A DNA stretch of 30,590 nucleotides from a virus (taxonomy: Duplodnaviria > Caudoviricetes). Positions 15,055 through 24,272 of this stretch are shown here, piece after piece. The notes below the pieces were generated by a model. The model ran no database searches and was not told where the DNA came from. It saw only the letters and a list, made by a program, of their open reading frames with translations. The stretch lies in the IMG/VR virus record IMGVR_UViG_3300032277_000052, positions 1-30,590 of that record. One strand, 5' to 3'. Made by a program: the position numbers and the translations under genes. Every line of letters begins with the position of its first letter. Position 1 is the stretch's first letter.

Positions 15055-18000
15055 CTCCGTCAGGTCGGAATATTCTGTCTCCATTCGACCGCAAGTAAGT
15101 CGGTTTCAGTCCGATCTGAGTGACTTTAATGTCGTCAAGCAAACCACCTACGCCATCACCTTGAATTGATTGAAATTTCAATCTGGTCGTTGAACTTGAT
15201 GGTGCATCAAACGACAATTCAATTGTTTCCCAGACAGTCTCTGTGTTGTTAGTTCCGTCAGTTGCCATTGTGTGGACAAGTGATCCGTCCCAGTAAATGT
15301 CTATTTGGTTGTCAAGTTGGCTTACAGCAGGTCTTGGTGAATAAAACAAACTGATCGAATAGGTGTTGGCAGGGTTTGTTGTCAAGTCAACCCAGATCGC
15401 ATTAGTACCATCAAGCTCGCCATGCTTAACGCCCTGCGCTGCCGGACCGATGCCAACAATGTTGTTTTGTATCTCAAATGCAACTGTTGAATCAAATCCA
15501 CCAGGATTCTCATAGAGTCTCCATTGACCGGCAGGACAATCTAAATCTTCCCAGTTTTCGATAAAGATTATTGTGTCGTCAGATATTTCGTCAAAGAATC
15601 CAGTCAAGAAATCTGTGTCATGAGCGTAAAACCTATCGTCATAATTAGTTGCTTGCATCGAAACAACGTAACTGTCTTTTGGATCGATCTCTTTAACAAG
15701 AAAAGCACTCGGTCTTACACGAGAATTTTTTACAATTTGGTAAGTTGTTCGGGCATATCGATCAGCATCTAAAACCAGAGGTAACCTTGGAGGCGATCCG
15801 ACAGTAACATGCGTAGTGTCATTTACCGCACCGACATCTAAACTTTCGACGCTACCGTCAAAGTGCTGAATAAAGATCGTGTAATCCTCTCCCGAATCAG
15901 GCACAAACGGTTGCGACAATTCAAGAGTTACGCCATTTTGAGAAACAATGTTGCCATCGTTTGTATCTGGGCGAGTGTTGTCGGCAATAAGAATTCTGTC
16001 ATTAAGAGTCAATATTGCTGCCTCGGCAGTTGAATCAAACTCGACTGCCACATTTTGGTATTGAATTTTTTGCCATTCTCGCCAAGCGTGCATGTGAGCT
16101 TGTATTTCGCTTGTGATACCCACAATCTCGATCTTCTTTGGATTGCTTGCTGAACCGTCATAAGGAATTTGGTAAGTCTCTGTAGCCCCGTCAGAGGTGT
16201 CAGTCCAATCAAACTCAACCCCATCGTGATTGTCACTTGTTCCAAACCTTATGTTTCTAACTTCGGAACCAGGGATTTTATTTCTGTGGTTAAAAAGCAA
16301 TTTAGACAAATCAGTTTTTTGCTCAAAATTTAGCTTTAGCTTGCTACCTTGCCGGTAGGGAGTTGAAAACATTGAGTTTGCAACTGCAATTATCATTTCT
16401 TCAGCAGACAAATCTTTGTTGTCAAAAGTGTGATTAAAAAACACACACTGAGGTGTACCAAAGTAAGTTCGGTTTAAACTCGATGCTGTAAACATACTGT
16501 CGTAATCAAGATCACTTTCTTGCATGTTGCCAAGAGTTGGATCAAGTGCAATGTGACGAATGATTAAAGTTGCATCACTGTTTGTTTCGTTGAAATTAGT
16601 AAAATCATATTTTGTGTCTGGGATTCGACTTGGTATTTTTCGCCAAGCCAAGCAATTAAGTTTTCGTTGCTTAACTGCCAAAGCACCTGCGGTCGCTGGG
16701 GTTCTGACCATGATGGTTGTGACATCACCAAAAGTTTGGTTTTCAACATACTCAAGACCGTAGAGATCACGCCATTGAACTTCGTCAACAAACCTTGTGT
16801 CTTTTTCATCAAAGGTTGGGGTCACCCTTCTCGCTCTTACTTCCCACAGTTTATCTTTTGCGTTTGCAACACTTGTGTTACCTGTTAATTCATGCCAAGA
16901 CGACTCGGATCGAGAGTTTTGCAATACGTCAGAACCTTCAATGAATCTTCTGGTAGTTTGCTTAGTTCCGAGAATCTCCTGACCTTCGGAATTTACCTGC
17001 TTCATTTCAGTTTCGATTTCAACTGTAATTGCGCTTTGTTCTTCGCCATCGTCTTTATACATTCCATTTACGGCAATGTAGTTTGCAAGAATGATCCAAG
17101 GACTTTTAACAGTAAACGGGCCGACCCATTTTTCTTCGTCCGAACTTAGGTTGGCATTTGAATAATCAGTGTTGAAATTTCCGTTCCATTCACTGTTAAT
17201 CAATCCTGGATTTATTAAAACAATGGAATTGTTAGAAACTTGAAATATTTCGTAAACTCCGTCTAAGTTTTTAGAACCCTCACCTGTATTTAAACCAGTT
17301 TGAGAATTAGCAATCGTTATTTTATCACCAACGGCAAAATAACTTTCAAAATTTGTATCTTGGTTGTTAGTGACGATTTGATCTGGACCGTTAAAAGCAA
17401 TATCTTCATCACCTTCAATCAATGTTGCATCTGGCGCACGCAAAATCTGTCCGTTTGCAGCGTTTGACTTTACGGCACTCCAAACTCTTTCATCAATTGC
17501 ACGACCAATTGACTGCTGGATTGTCTTGCCAGGTTTATTTGGCGATTCGTATGGGCCGTACACTTCGACCGAAACCGCAGCAATGTCCTCAATTGGAGTC
17601 TGGTCGTCTTTTATGTCATGAATCCTAAACTCGCCACGACCAACACACATGTAGCTATACTCAACCTCTTGGTTAGCCTCGAAACGAAAGTACGGCTTTG
17701 CGATAAGATCAGGTACTGCACGAACCTCACCGTAAATGTCAGGAACCCTTTCATTTGGTCTAGCCTTGTTGACTCGCTCAGAAAGACCGTTGTTAGGTGA
17801 CTGGTCGCCCGTATTTCGCTCCACAGGCGGTTTTGGACGTAAAAGGTAACTAAGCAGTCCCAATAGAAGAACTTTGAGCAGCGAGCCGAATACGCCCGTC
17901 AGACCGAACAGGAAGAACTGTGGGTAAACCACACAGAAGATGTCACCTTCTAATTCTCGGAGTTGCTCCATTGAATGAACAATGTCACCTGCAACCGGAG

Positions 18001-18169
18001 TGACATCAGTCTTTGTCGAAACACTCCCATGATAAAGTCTTGAGTTATCTGGAAAATGACCTTCGAAATGGTCGTACAGCGAATCAATTACATTGTCAGT
18101 TTCAATGTAAACATTTTCTTCGCGGTCTAAAACATTAGGTATTACTGTGAGTTGTACTTTGTGTTGCAT
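15029..18169 (-). CDS. Tail tip / host specificity protein J-like (central hub) with C-terminal carbohydrate-binding-like domain
   Basis: SPNNGLSERVNKARPNERVPDIYGEVRAVPDL, LFNHRNKIPGSE and ATNYDDRFY segments typical of siphophage J-like proteins; last gene of the tail operon. Confidence 0.9.
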   Translation of the reverse strand: MQHKVQLTVIPNVLDREENVYIETDNVIDSLYDHFEGHFPDNSRLYHGSVSTKTDVTPVAGDIVHSMEQLRELEGDIFCVVYPQFFLFGLTGVFGSLLKVLLLGLLSYLLRPKPPVERNTGDQSPNNGLSERVNKARPNERVPDIYGEVRAVPDLIAKPYFRFEANQEVEYSYMCVGRGEFRIHDIKDDQTPIEDIAAVSVEVYGPYESPNKPGKTIQQSIGRAIDERVWSAVKSNAANGQILRAPDATLIEGDEDIAFNGPDQIVTNNQDTNFESYFAVGDKITIANSQTGLNTGEGSKNLDGVYEIFQVSNNSIVLINPGLINSEWNGNFNTDYSNANLSSDEEKWVGPFTVKSPWIILANYIAVNGMYKDDGEEQSAITVEIETEMKQVNSEGQEILGTKQTTRRFIEGSDVLQNSRSESSWHELTGNTSVANAKDKLWEVRARRVTPTFDEKDTRFVDEVQWRDLYGLEYVENQTFGDVTTIMVRTPATAGALAVKQRKLNCLAWRKIPSRIPDTKYDFTNFNETNSDATLIIRHIALDPTLGNMQESDLDYDSMFTASSLNRTYFGTPQCVFFNHTFDNKDLSAEEMIIAVANSMFSTPYRQGSKLKLNFEQKTDLSKLLFNHRNKIPGSEVRNIRFGTSDNHDGVEFDWTDTSDGATETYQIPYDGSASNPKKIEIVGITSEIQAHMHAWREWQKIQYQNVAVEFDSTAEAAILTLNDRILIADNTRPDTNDGNIVSQNGVTLELSQPFVPDSGEDYTIFIQHFDGSVESLDVGAVNDTTHVTVGSPPRLPLVLDADRYARTTYQIVKNSRVRPSAFLVKEIDPKDSYVVSMQATNYDDRFYAHDTDFLTGFFDEISDDTIIFIENWEDLDCPAGQWRLYENPGGFDSTVAFEIQNNIVGIGPAAQGVKHGELDGTNAIWVDLTTNPANTYSISLFYSPRPAVSQLDNQIDIYWDGSLVHTMATDGTNNTETVWETIELSFDAPSSSTTRLKFQSIQGDGVGGLLDDIKVTQIGLKPTYLRSNGDRIFRPDGVSIYRQPA

Positions 18170-18522
18170 AGGTAATACTTCACGCTTTCAAAAGTTGATA
18201 AAACATAAGACAAGTTTTGAAGTTCTGGGCCTGTCTCAGTCATGTGGAATACCATTCCTTGCATGAACACTCCAACATGAGGAGGGTCACCTTTTCTCGC
18301 AAACAAAGCTATGCAGGGATCAACAGGATTTTCTAATTTCCACAATCCTTTCCGACTTGTCATTGCATCGGAAAGACTGTTTGAGTTCCAAGCAGATACC
18401 ATATCACAGATGTCTTGATGCTCCAAAAACATCCACAGGTCGCGAACAAAATGCGAGCAATTGTAATTTAATCGGTCGTATTTTTTGAAATGGAAATCAT
18501 CAAGTTCTGTTTCGCCTGACAT
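18142..18522 (-). CDS. NlpC/P60-like tail tip assembly protein
   Basis: YNCSHFV (catalytic-type Cys) and HVGVF..G.VFH; position between the minor tail gene and J. Confidence 0.8.
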   Translation of the reverse strand: MSGETELDDFHFKKYDRLNYNCSHFVRDLWMFLEHQDICDMVSAWNSNSLSDAMTSRKGLWKLENPVDPCIALFARKGDPPHVGVFMQGMVFHMTETGPELQNLSYVLSTFESVKYYLCNTKYNSQ

Positions 18523-19025
18523 TACAGGAACCCTCTGAGCATTGGAAATTGATTCAAAGTGTAAAGCCTGCCAGTCGAACTCTGGTTTTGATAAGGTGCG
18601 ACAGCGTCAAACTGTGCGCCATCTTTGTTAAATGCAAGCTCGTTGACCTCAAGAGTTAATGGTCCGTGAATCGGTTTAGACAAATCGTCAGAACGATAAC
18701 CTCTCATCTTGCAGACAGGTTTTGTATCGAACCCGTTGTTTGCAGCAACCAAGTCTAGCTCAAGTTGTAAGTTGCCACCAAGATCGCCAAACTCAATCTG
18801 CAATCCGTAATCAAGATCGCCAATGCTTCCATTCTTTGTGATCTTTAGCGGATAGTAAACGTAAGTGTAATCAATCGAATCTTCGTGAGTGACTGTAACT
18901 CCGGCAGTAATATTTCTGACAACTCGATGAGTCTGAGAAAAATCAGGATGCGAAAGTTCAATGCACTCAACCAATACAATTGAGGACTTTGAATTTAAAA
19001 AGAATTTTTCGTAATCTCTAGTCAT
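18522..19025 (-). CDS. DUF1833-like minor tail protein
   Basis: ECIELSHPDF, YRSDDLSKP and TGRLYTLNQFPMLRGF; synteny. Confidence 0.82.
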   Translation of the reverse strand: MTRDYEKFFLNSKSSIVLVECIELSHPDFSQTHRVVRNITAGVTVTHEDSIDYTYVYYPLKITKNGSIGDLDYGLQIEFGDLGGNLQLELDLVAANNGFDTKPVCKMRGYRSDDLSKPIHGPLTLEVNELAFNKDGAQFDAVAPYQNQSSTGRLYTLNQFPMLRGFL

Positions 19026-19762
19026 TATGGAGGCGGCGCGTTATTGACTTGAACTGACCAGGTAAACTCTTGAGTTGCAAATCCCGTAGGTCCAGTTGCA
19101 ATGATTGTCGCAAATAAGGATGTGGGAGTTTGCGTAATTGTACCACTAATCAAACCTGTGCTTGAATTGATTGTTAATCCAGCAGGCAGATAAGTTGCAG
19201 AATAAACAATGCCTGCTGAGTCAGGATCGCTAAAGTAGCTTGAAGTTGCAAAACTTACAACATCTGACTGGATGTTGCTTTGACTCGCAATTGTTCCCAC
19301 AGATTGCGGTGGCGAATCTGTCGGAACTGTTATTTGCGACAGGTCTGTATTTGGATCGGCCTCATACGCAGCAACTCTTGCCGCATTCAAAGCATCGTCA
19401 ATCGGAACAGGGATTGCTTCGAGTTGACCAGTGACTTGGTAAGAATGTCCGGTTTGCCCAGATAGTTTTTTGCTATCCTGAATAAAGTGAACCTGATGCA
19501 ACACTGGAATCGGGTCGTCTAAGATTAAATAAATCTTGAACGACAAAGAACCTTCGTCAATTGTTGTGTTGTAGAAAGAAGTGAAATAAAGGTATTCGTT
19601 TCGATCAAAAGTCCACCGGACATCGACAACTCTGGCACTTCCGATTTTGTCTTTTCGAAACCTACTTTGACCACCGTCAAGCTGAACTCCCACAAAGCTC
19701 ATACCATCTGCAACGGCATAAGAAGCACTCTCAGGATTAATCTTAAATGTTGACAATGACAT
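19025..19762 (-). CDS. Distal tail-like minor tail protein with appended Ig-like (He_PIG-type) domain
   Basis: VQLDGGQSRFR N-terminal domain downstream of the tape measure gene; C-terminal YSATYLPAGLTINSSTGLISGT. Confidence 0.8.
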   Translation of the reverse strand: MSLSTFKINPESASYAVADGMSFVGVQLDGGQSRFRKDKIGSARVVDVRWTFDRNEYLYFTSFYNTTIDEGSLSFKIYLILDDPIPVLHQVHFIQDSKKLSGQTGHSYQVTGQLEAIPVPIDDALNAARVAAYEADPNTDLSQITVPTDSPPQSVGTIASQSNIQSDVVSFATSSYFSDPDSAGIVYSATYLPAGLTINSSTGLISGTITQTPTSLFATIIATGPTGFATQEFTWSVQVNNAPPP

Positions 19763-20143
19763 TTAGCGTTTCCTTCTAGTATAAGTTGATTGCCCCAGTG
19801 CTTTTGATTCGCGACTATTGGCGTTTCGAAGGTTTGCAGAAATTAGCTTTGGAGTCTGCTCTGCAATTTGTTGGCGAGCAATTTCTCGAATCGTAAGTTC
19901 GAGTTCACCGTTCTTGTTTCTTTCCACAGAAACATTTGAATCGGTGTAGTTGTTGACGTTGACCATAACACCACCACCAGCGGTCGATCCCGTTTTCAAT
20001 GTTCCATTTCTCATGGCATCTAGTGTTGATCTGTATTTCGCTGTTTGCGATGCAGGCATAACGTATTCTTGCCCGTGGACAAAACCTGCGAATGAGTTCG
20101 TTGATACACCACCTGTGTACCCGCCAGAGGCAAAACCTGCCCC
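19763..20143 (-). CDS. C-terminal domain of the tape measure protein, in frame with 20159-23482 but beyond two TGA codons
   Basis: Reads GAGFASGGYTGGVSTNSFAGFVHGQEYVMPASQT...VNVNNY...; the conserved motif lies upstream of the track's ATG at 20059, which has no evident SD. Confidence 0.85.
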   Translation of the reverse strand, partial: GAGFASGGYTGGVSTNSFAGFVHGQEYVMPASQTAKYRSTLDAMRNGTLKTGSTAGGGVMVNVNNYTDSNVSVERNKNGELELTIREIARQQIAEQTPKLISANLRNANSRESKALGQSTYTRRKR

Positions 20144-20158
20144 TCAGCCACCCGCGCC

Positions 20159-23100
20159 TCACAAGCCACCTGCTCCAAAACCGCCTCCACCACCTCCAAT
20201 TGAAGGAACAGCACCTCCCCCAGCAAAGTTCATCATTCCACCAAGAAAACCGCCACCCCCTCCCAACATGCCCTGGAACAATTGTTGGAACAATTTGTTC
20301 ATGAACAACTTGAGAAGGTCAGCAAGAATGGATCGCATCAATTCTTTAAAACTTAGCTTTCCAGTTCTAACAAAGTTTTGAAATGCGTTTGAAAGATTAC
20401 TAAAAACAGATTGCAAGGCACTTGCTTGCTCTGTCATTTGAGGCAAGCCGCTATTTTCTAGCGGACCTTGACCTCCGCTTTCGCCTGGAGCTTTTGATAT
20501 TCCTTGTCTAAGAGAATCTCCAATATTTTTCATCATACTTTGGATTTTTGCAGCAGTAGAAACAAGCGACTCTTTTAAAGATTCTAATGCTGATTTCAAT
20601 GCTGGATTTTCAATCCTACTCAATAAATTGTCAAACATTGAATTAGCAGAATTTGAAAGGATATTAATTCCTTGATTAACAATATCAATAGCTCCAGCAA
20701 AAGATAAAAACTTATCTTTTAAAGCAGAGTTAATAACCGTAGTTTCAAATAATAAAAACGACTCTCTGGATTTTTCTAAAAAGTCTGTGGTTCCCTTTCC
20801 AATGTTTTGGAAAAATTTAAAAGCTACAGGAGCAGATATTTGCTGAGTTTCGACTGCAACTGTTCTTGCTTCTTCTAATCTACTCCTAAGTTGTGCAGCA
20901 ATTTCTGCTGTTTCTTTTAATCTTTCTGCCCTTCTTTCGTCTGCTCTGAGCTTTTCTTCCTCGCTGAATTCTTCTAAATACCTGTTATGTTGATTTCTAT
21001 AATTTTCAATGTCTGCCCCAATTCTCATCTCTCTTGGTAAAAATGCTATTTTTTTATTAGCAAATTCACGAAGATTCATAACTTCTTTTTCATCAGAACC
21101 AAAAATCATGTTTTTCGTTATATCTCTCATTCCGATCATCACATTTGCAATGACCGCTGAAAGTTTAGATGCAATATCAATTGATGTTATAAGTAGCTGA
21201 TTCCCAATTAAAGCAGGTAAATCGGCAAGTAATTTTAAAAAGTTTTTACCTGCTCGACCTAATGCTGAATCAAGTTCCGATTCAATTTCAAGACCTACGC
21301 CACTATAATCGGCTGTTATTAGCTTAGAAACTGCATTTCCAATTCCGGCAACAACACCAACAACAACTAGCAGTATTTCTTTTACTAAACCTAAAACTTC
21401 TTTTAAAACTTCAGTAATTCCACCCAAAGTTTTTGTGGGTAAAAAAATTGAAAAGAAGTCCTCACTTATAGTTGTAAGAAATTTAAAAACCTTATCAAAA
21501 TGAAAGGCAACTGAATTGATAACTTCGGTCAAAGTTAAAAATACATTTCCCCCAAGGTCAATAAGTTTTATTTGATCTCCCATGTAAACAATTCTTGCAA
21601 CAATAAGACCAATGATTCCTGGTATCAAAGCAAGGTTACCAACGCCAGAAACTATTAAAGCAAAAAATCCACCGATTATTGAAGCGGCCCCACTTGCGGC
21701 TAATCCTGCCGCGAGCGATCTCATCGACCTTAATATGTAATCAAGGTTGTTTCCAATATCGTCTAAAATTTTTGCAAGTTTTTCAGTAAACTTAGTTCTT
21801 TTGTCAAACTGACCAAACAGATAAATTAGTTTGTTTGTAAGCTGAGTAAAGGATTGACCAATTGTTCGACCCGATGATGCCATTAACCTATCAATTGGTT
21901 TTTCAAGCGATTGAAACGCTTTTATTAAAACGTCAACAGTGATCTCACCGTCTTTTGACATTTTAAATAATTCTTTTCTTGACCGACCTGTAGCCCTTGC
22001 AATTGCATCAAGAATTTGTGGCATCAATTCAGCAACGGACCTAAACTCATCACCGTCTAGTTTGCCTTTGTTAAAGGCTTGGCTTAACTGCAACAATGCT
22101 GACGCAGATTCATTTGCAGAAGCACCGTTTAAAGCAAGCATTTTTCCAATTGTTTCGGTAATCCTAAGACTACCTTTTTGACCCATGCCTGTCTTTGATA
22201 GAGCGTTGTCATATCTACGATATGCAATTGTTAAATCGGCAATTGGAACTCTTGCTCTTTGTGCAACTCCAAATAATTCTTCTGTAACTTGATTCAATTG
22301 AGCAGAACTATTGGTAGTACCTCGCAATTGGTTTTGAATTCTTTTAAATGAATCAATTCCTTTTAATGCTCCACCTGCACCAACTAAAGCACCGAGAGAA
22401 ACATAACTTCTCAAGCTACTTACCATGCCACCAATAGCACCTCGATTGCCCACTGCTGCGGCCTTCATTCGCCTAATGTTTGCGACCATCCTGGTTACAC
22501 TTATATTTGCTCTTTTAGTGGCAGTGTCAAACCGCTGAGTTGCTGCGGTATTTCTATTATAAGCCCCTGTTAATTTTGCTTTGGCAATTGCTAAATCAAC
22601 AGTAGCTTTTTTTGCTAATGTTTGTGTTTTGGAAAGTTTTGCTAGAGAGGTTTGTCTTTTTATTTCTTCTTTGCTTAATTTTGAAGTGAAAGTGGCAGTC
22701 ACATTTGAACTTTGCGCCATCCCAACCATCGCCGCGCGTAGCCTGTTTTGAGATGCTGCTGCACCAAGACCTTCTTTTTGTAACTTTGCTTCTTGGACTG
22801 TAAGCGTGTTTAAGTTTTTATTTAAACTAACAGTAGAACTGGCAGCAGCGTTTGTTGCAGTCGTTACTTGTTTTTGAGATTTAGCTACGTTTTGAGTAGA
22901 GCTTACTACTGCATTTGCACTTATCGCTAACGAGTTTTGCTTTATCTGCAAATCGATTGTTGACATCTTTACTTTTTCATTCGACATTTTTAAGTCGTTG
23001 TTTGAAATAGCAAGTCTGTTTATTGCAAGTTGAGATTTAATTTGCTTGGCAGTTAAATCGCTCGTTGATATAGCAGTGACATTAGTAACTTTATTTAAGT

Positions 23101-23482
23101 TTTTTAATGACATTGATTGCGAGGTAGTGGCCGCAGCTTTTGCCATTCCCTCCTTAGCCATTTTCTGTTCTTGAATGCGCAAACTATTTAAACTTTTTTG
23201 ATAATTGTTTGTAACAATTTGAGTTTGCATTTGAGATTGCTTTAATCTTTCGATTGCGATCTCTAATTTTTTTGCTTCTGTAGCAGTTCGCTTCATCTGC
23301 TGCGCTACAGAACCAAGACCCACCCCGCTAAGACCTGAGAAATCTAAACCTTGCCAGGCTTTTTTAAACGCCGCCAATGCTGGGGCCGCAGCTTTTGCGC
23401 TTTCACCAATTGCCAACAACTTCGGAGCAATTTTATTTCCGATTCTGTCTTTAATTTGTATTGAAACTTCTGTGTTTGCCAT
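20159..23482 (-). CDS. Tail tape measure protein (1107 aa to the first TGA; 1239 aa if both TGAs are read through)
   Basis: LFGVAQRAR...ALLQLSQAFNKGKLDGDEFRSVAE tape-measure domain, long helical Ala/Lys-rich sequence, hydrophobic segments, position after the chaperones. Confidence 0.95.
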   Translation of the reverse strand: MANTEVSIQIKDRIGNKIAPKLLAIGESAKAAAPALAAFKKAWQGLDFSGLSGVGLGSVAQQMKRTATEAKKLEIAIERLKQSQMQTQIVTNNYQKSLNSLRIQEQKMAKEGMAKAAATTSQSMSLKNLNKVTNVTAISTSDLTAKQIKSQLAINRLAISNNDLKMSNEKVKMSTIDLQIKQNSLAISANAVVSSTQNVAKSQKQVTTATNAAASSTVSLNKNLNTLTVQEAKLQKEGLGAAASQNRLRAAMVGMAQSSNVTATFTSKLSKEEIKRQTSLAKLSKTQTLAKKATVDLAIAKAKLTGAYNRNTAATQRFDTATKRANISVTRMVANIRRMKAAAVGNRGAIGGMVSSLRSYVSLGALVGAGGALKGIDSFKRIQNQLRGTTNSSAQLNQVTEELFGVAQRARVPIADLTIAYRRYDNALSKTGMGQKGSLRITETIGKMLALNGASANESASALLQLSQAFNKGKLDGDEFRSVAELMPQILDAIARATGRSRKELFKMSKDGEITVDVLIKAFQSLEKPIDRLMASSGRTIGQSFTQLTNKLIYLFGQFDKRTKFTEKLAKILDDIGNNLDYILRSMRSLAAGLAASGAASIIGGFFALIVSGVGNLALIPGIIGLIVARIVYMGDQIKLIDLGGNVFLTLTEVINSVAFHFDKVFKFLTTISEDFFSIFLPTKTLGGITEVLKEVLGLVKEILLVVVGVVAGIGNAVSKLITADYSGVGLEIESELDSALGRAGKNFLKLLADLPALIGNQLLITSIDIASKLSAVIANVMIGMRDITKNMIFGSDEKEVMNLREFANKKIAFLPREMRIGADIENYRNQHNRYLEEFSEEEKLRADERRAERLKETAEIAAQLRSRLEEARTVAVETQQISAPVAFKFFQNIGKGTTDFLEKSRESFLLFETTVINSALKDKFLSFAGAIDIVNQGINILSNSANSMFDNLLSRIENPALKSALESLKESLVSTAAKIQSMMKNIGDSLRQGISKAPGESGGQGPLENSGLPQMTEQASALQSVFSNLSNAFQNFVRTGKLSFKELMRSILADLLKLFMNKLFQQLFQGMLGGGGGFLGGMMNFAGGGAVPSIGGGGGGFGAGGL

Positions 23483-23490
23483 TTATTTTC

Positions 23491-23940
23491 TCACCTAAAG
23501 TATTTCAACCTTGCTCCGGTTTCTTGCTTTGCTCGATATTCTCCGACTTTTTCAGCAATTGGTATAAGATTATCTTTAATGTTTAAATAATCTTCTACAT
23601 AGTCTAAGTTGTTAGAAACAAAGATCGGATCAAGTGGCTTTGCACTTTTTAAATTTGGAAGTTCTCGACGTACACCAAGTTGGAATGACTGCGGTTTAGT
23701 TGAACCTTTTTCACCTGGGAAATAAGCCTCTCTTTCTAAACTTTGATCATTTGGAGTTCTTATTTTCCAGTTTGAAATAGCTTTTGATGTGTCAACAGTT
23801 GTTTTTTGCATCATTCTAAGAAAAATGTAACCGGCAACATCTTTCTTAATTTCATTCAAATCTTCTTCTATTGATTTAGATGCAAAATTTGCTTGTGTAC
23901 CAAATTTTTCCAACTGATCTAATCCGGTTATTTCAATCAT
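23491..23940 (-). CDS. HK97 gp10-like tail completion/neck protein
   Basis: TTVDTSKAISNW and IFVSNNLDY motifs. Confidence 0.72.
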   Translation of the reverse strand: MIEITGLDQLEKFGTQANFASKSIEEDLNEIKKDVAGYIFLRMMQKTTVDTSKAISNWKIRTPNDQSLEREAYFPGEKGSTKPQSFQLGVRRELPNLKSAKPLDPIFVSNNLDYVEDYLNIKDNLIPIAEKVGEYRAKQETGARLKYFR

Positions 23941-24272
23941 GATTTCATTTTCTTTTTGTTTTCTGATGAAACATGTTCAAGAAAAATATTGTCCATCGCT
24001 CTTATAAAAAACAACAAATCATTTTCTTCTTCTTGATCAAAATCGTAATAATTTGCAAAATTTAAAATTGCCATTGTGGGGATCGGACCCATTTCATGAA
24101 GTCGATCCGCTGTCAATTTAAAAAATATGTCAACATAAAAAACGAGTCCGTCATTTAATTCAGGACTCGTCATTGCTTTATTGTCGTCTAAACCTGCTCT
24201 CTTTAACTGTCGCTGGAGGGTGGAGGCATTTGAGCCTCCGAACTCCAACTGGTACTTGAGGAAGGCACAGAG
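23937..24272 (-). CDS. Tail assembly chaperone GT, -1 frameshifted C-terminal part
   Basis: The -1 frame after the slippery site reads LCAFLKYQLEFGGSN...GPIP..AI..FA..Y...FIRAMD. Confidence 0.85.
   Translation of the reverse strand, partial: LCAFLKYQLEFGGSNASTLQRQLKRAGLDDNKAMTSPELNDGLVFYVDIFFKLTADRLHEMGPIPTMAILNFANYYDFDQEEENDLLFFIRAMDNIFLEHVSSENKKKMKS

Noticed and set aside
19905-20226. Alternative-frame ORFs (19905-20162, 20020-20226) as a frameshift bypass of the TGAs
   Set aside because: No slippery site seen, the products look non-protein-like, and the conserved motif is in the original frame.
19950-20381. Pro-rich 143-aa plus-strand ORF
   Set aside because: Antisense shadow of the Gly-rich tape measure linker (GGN codons read as CCN).
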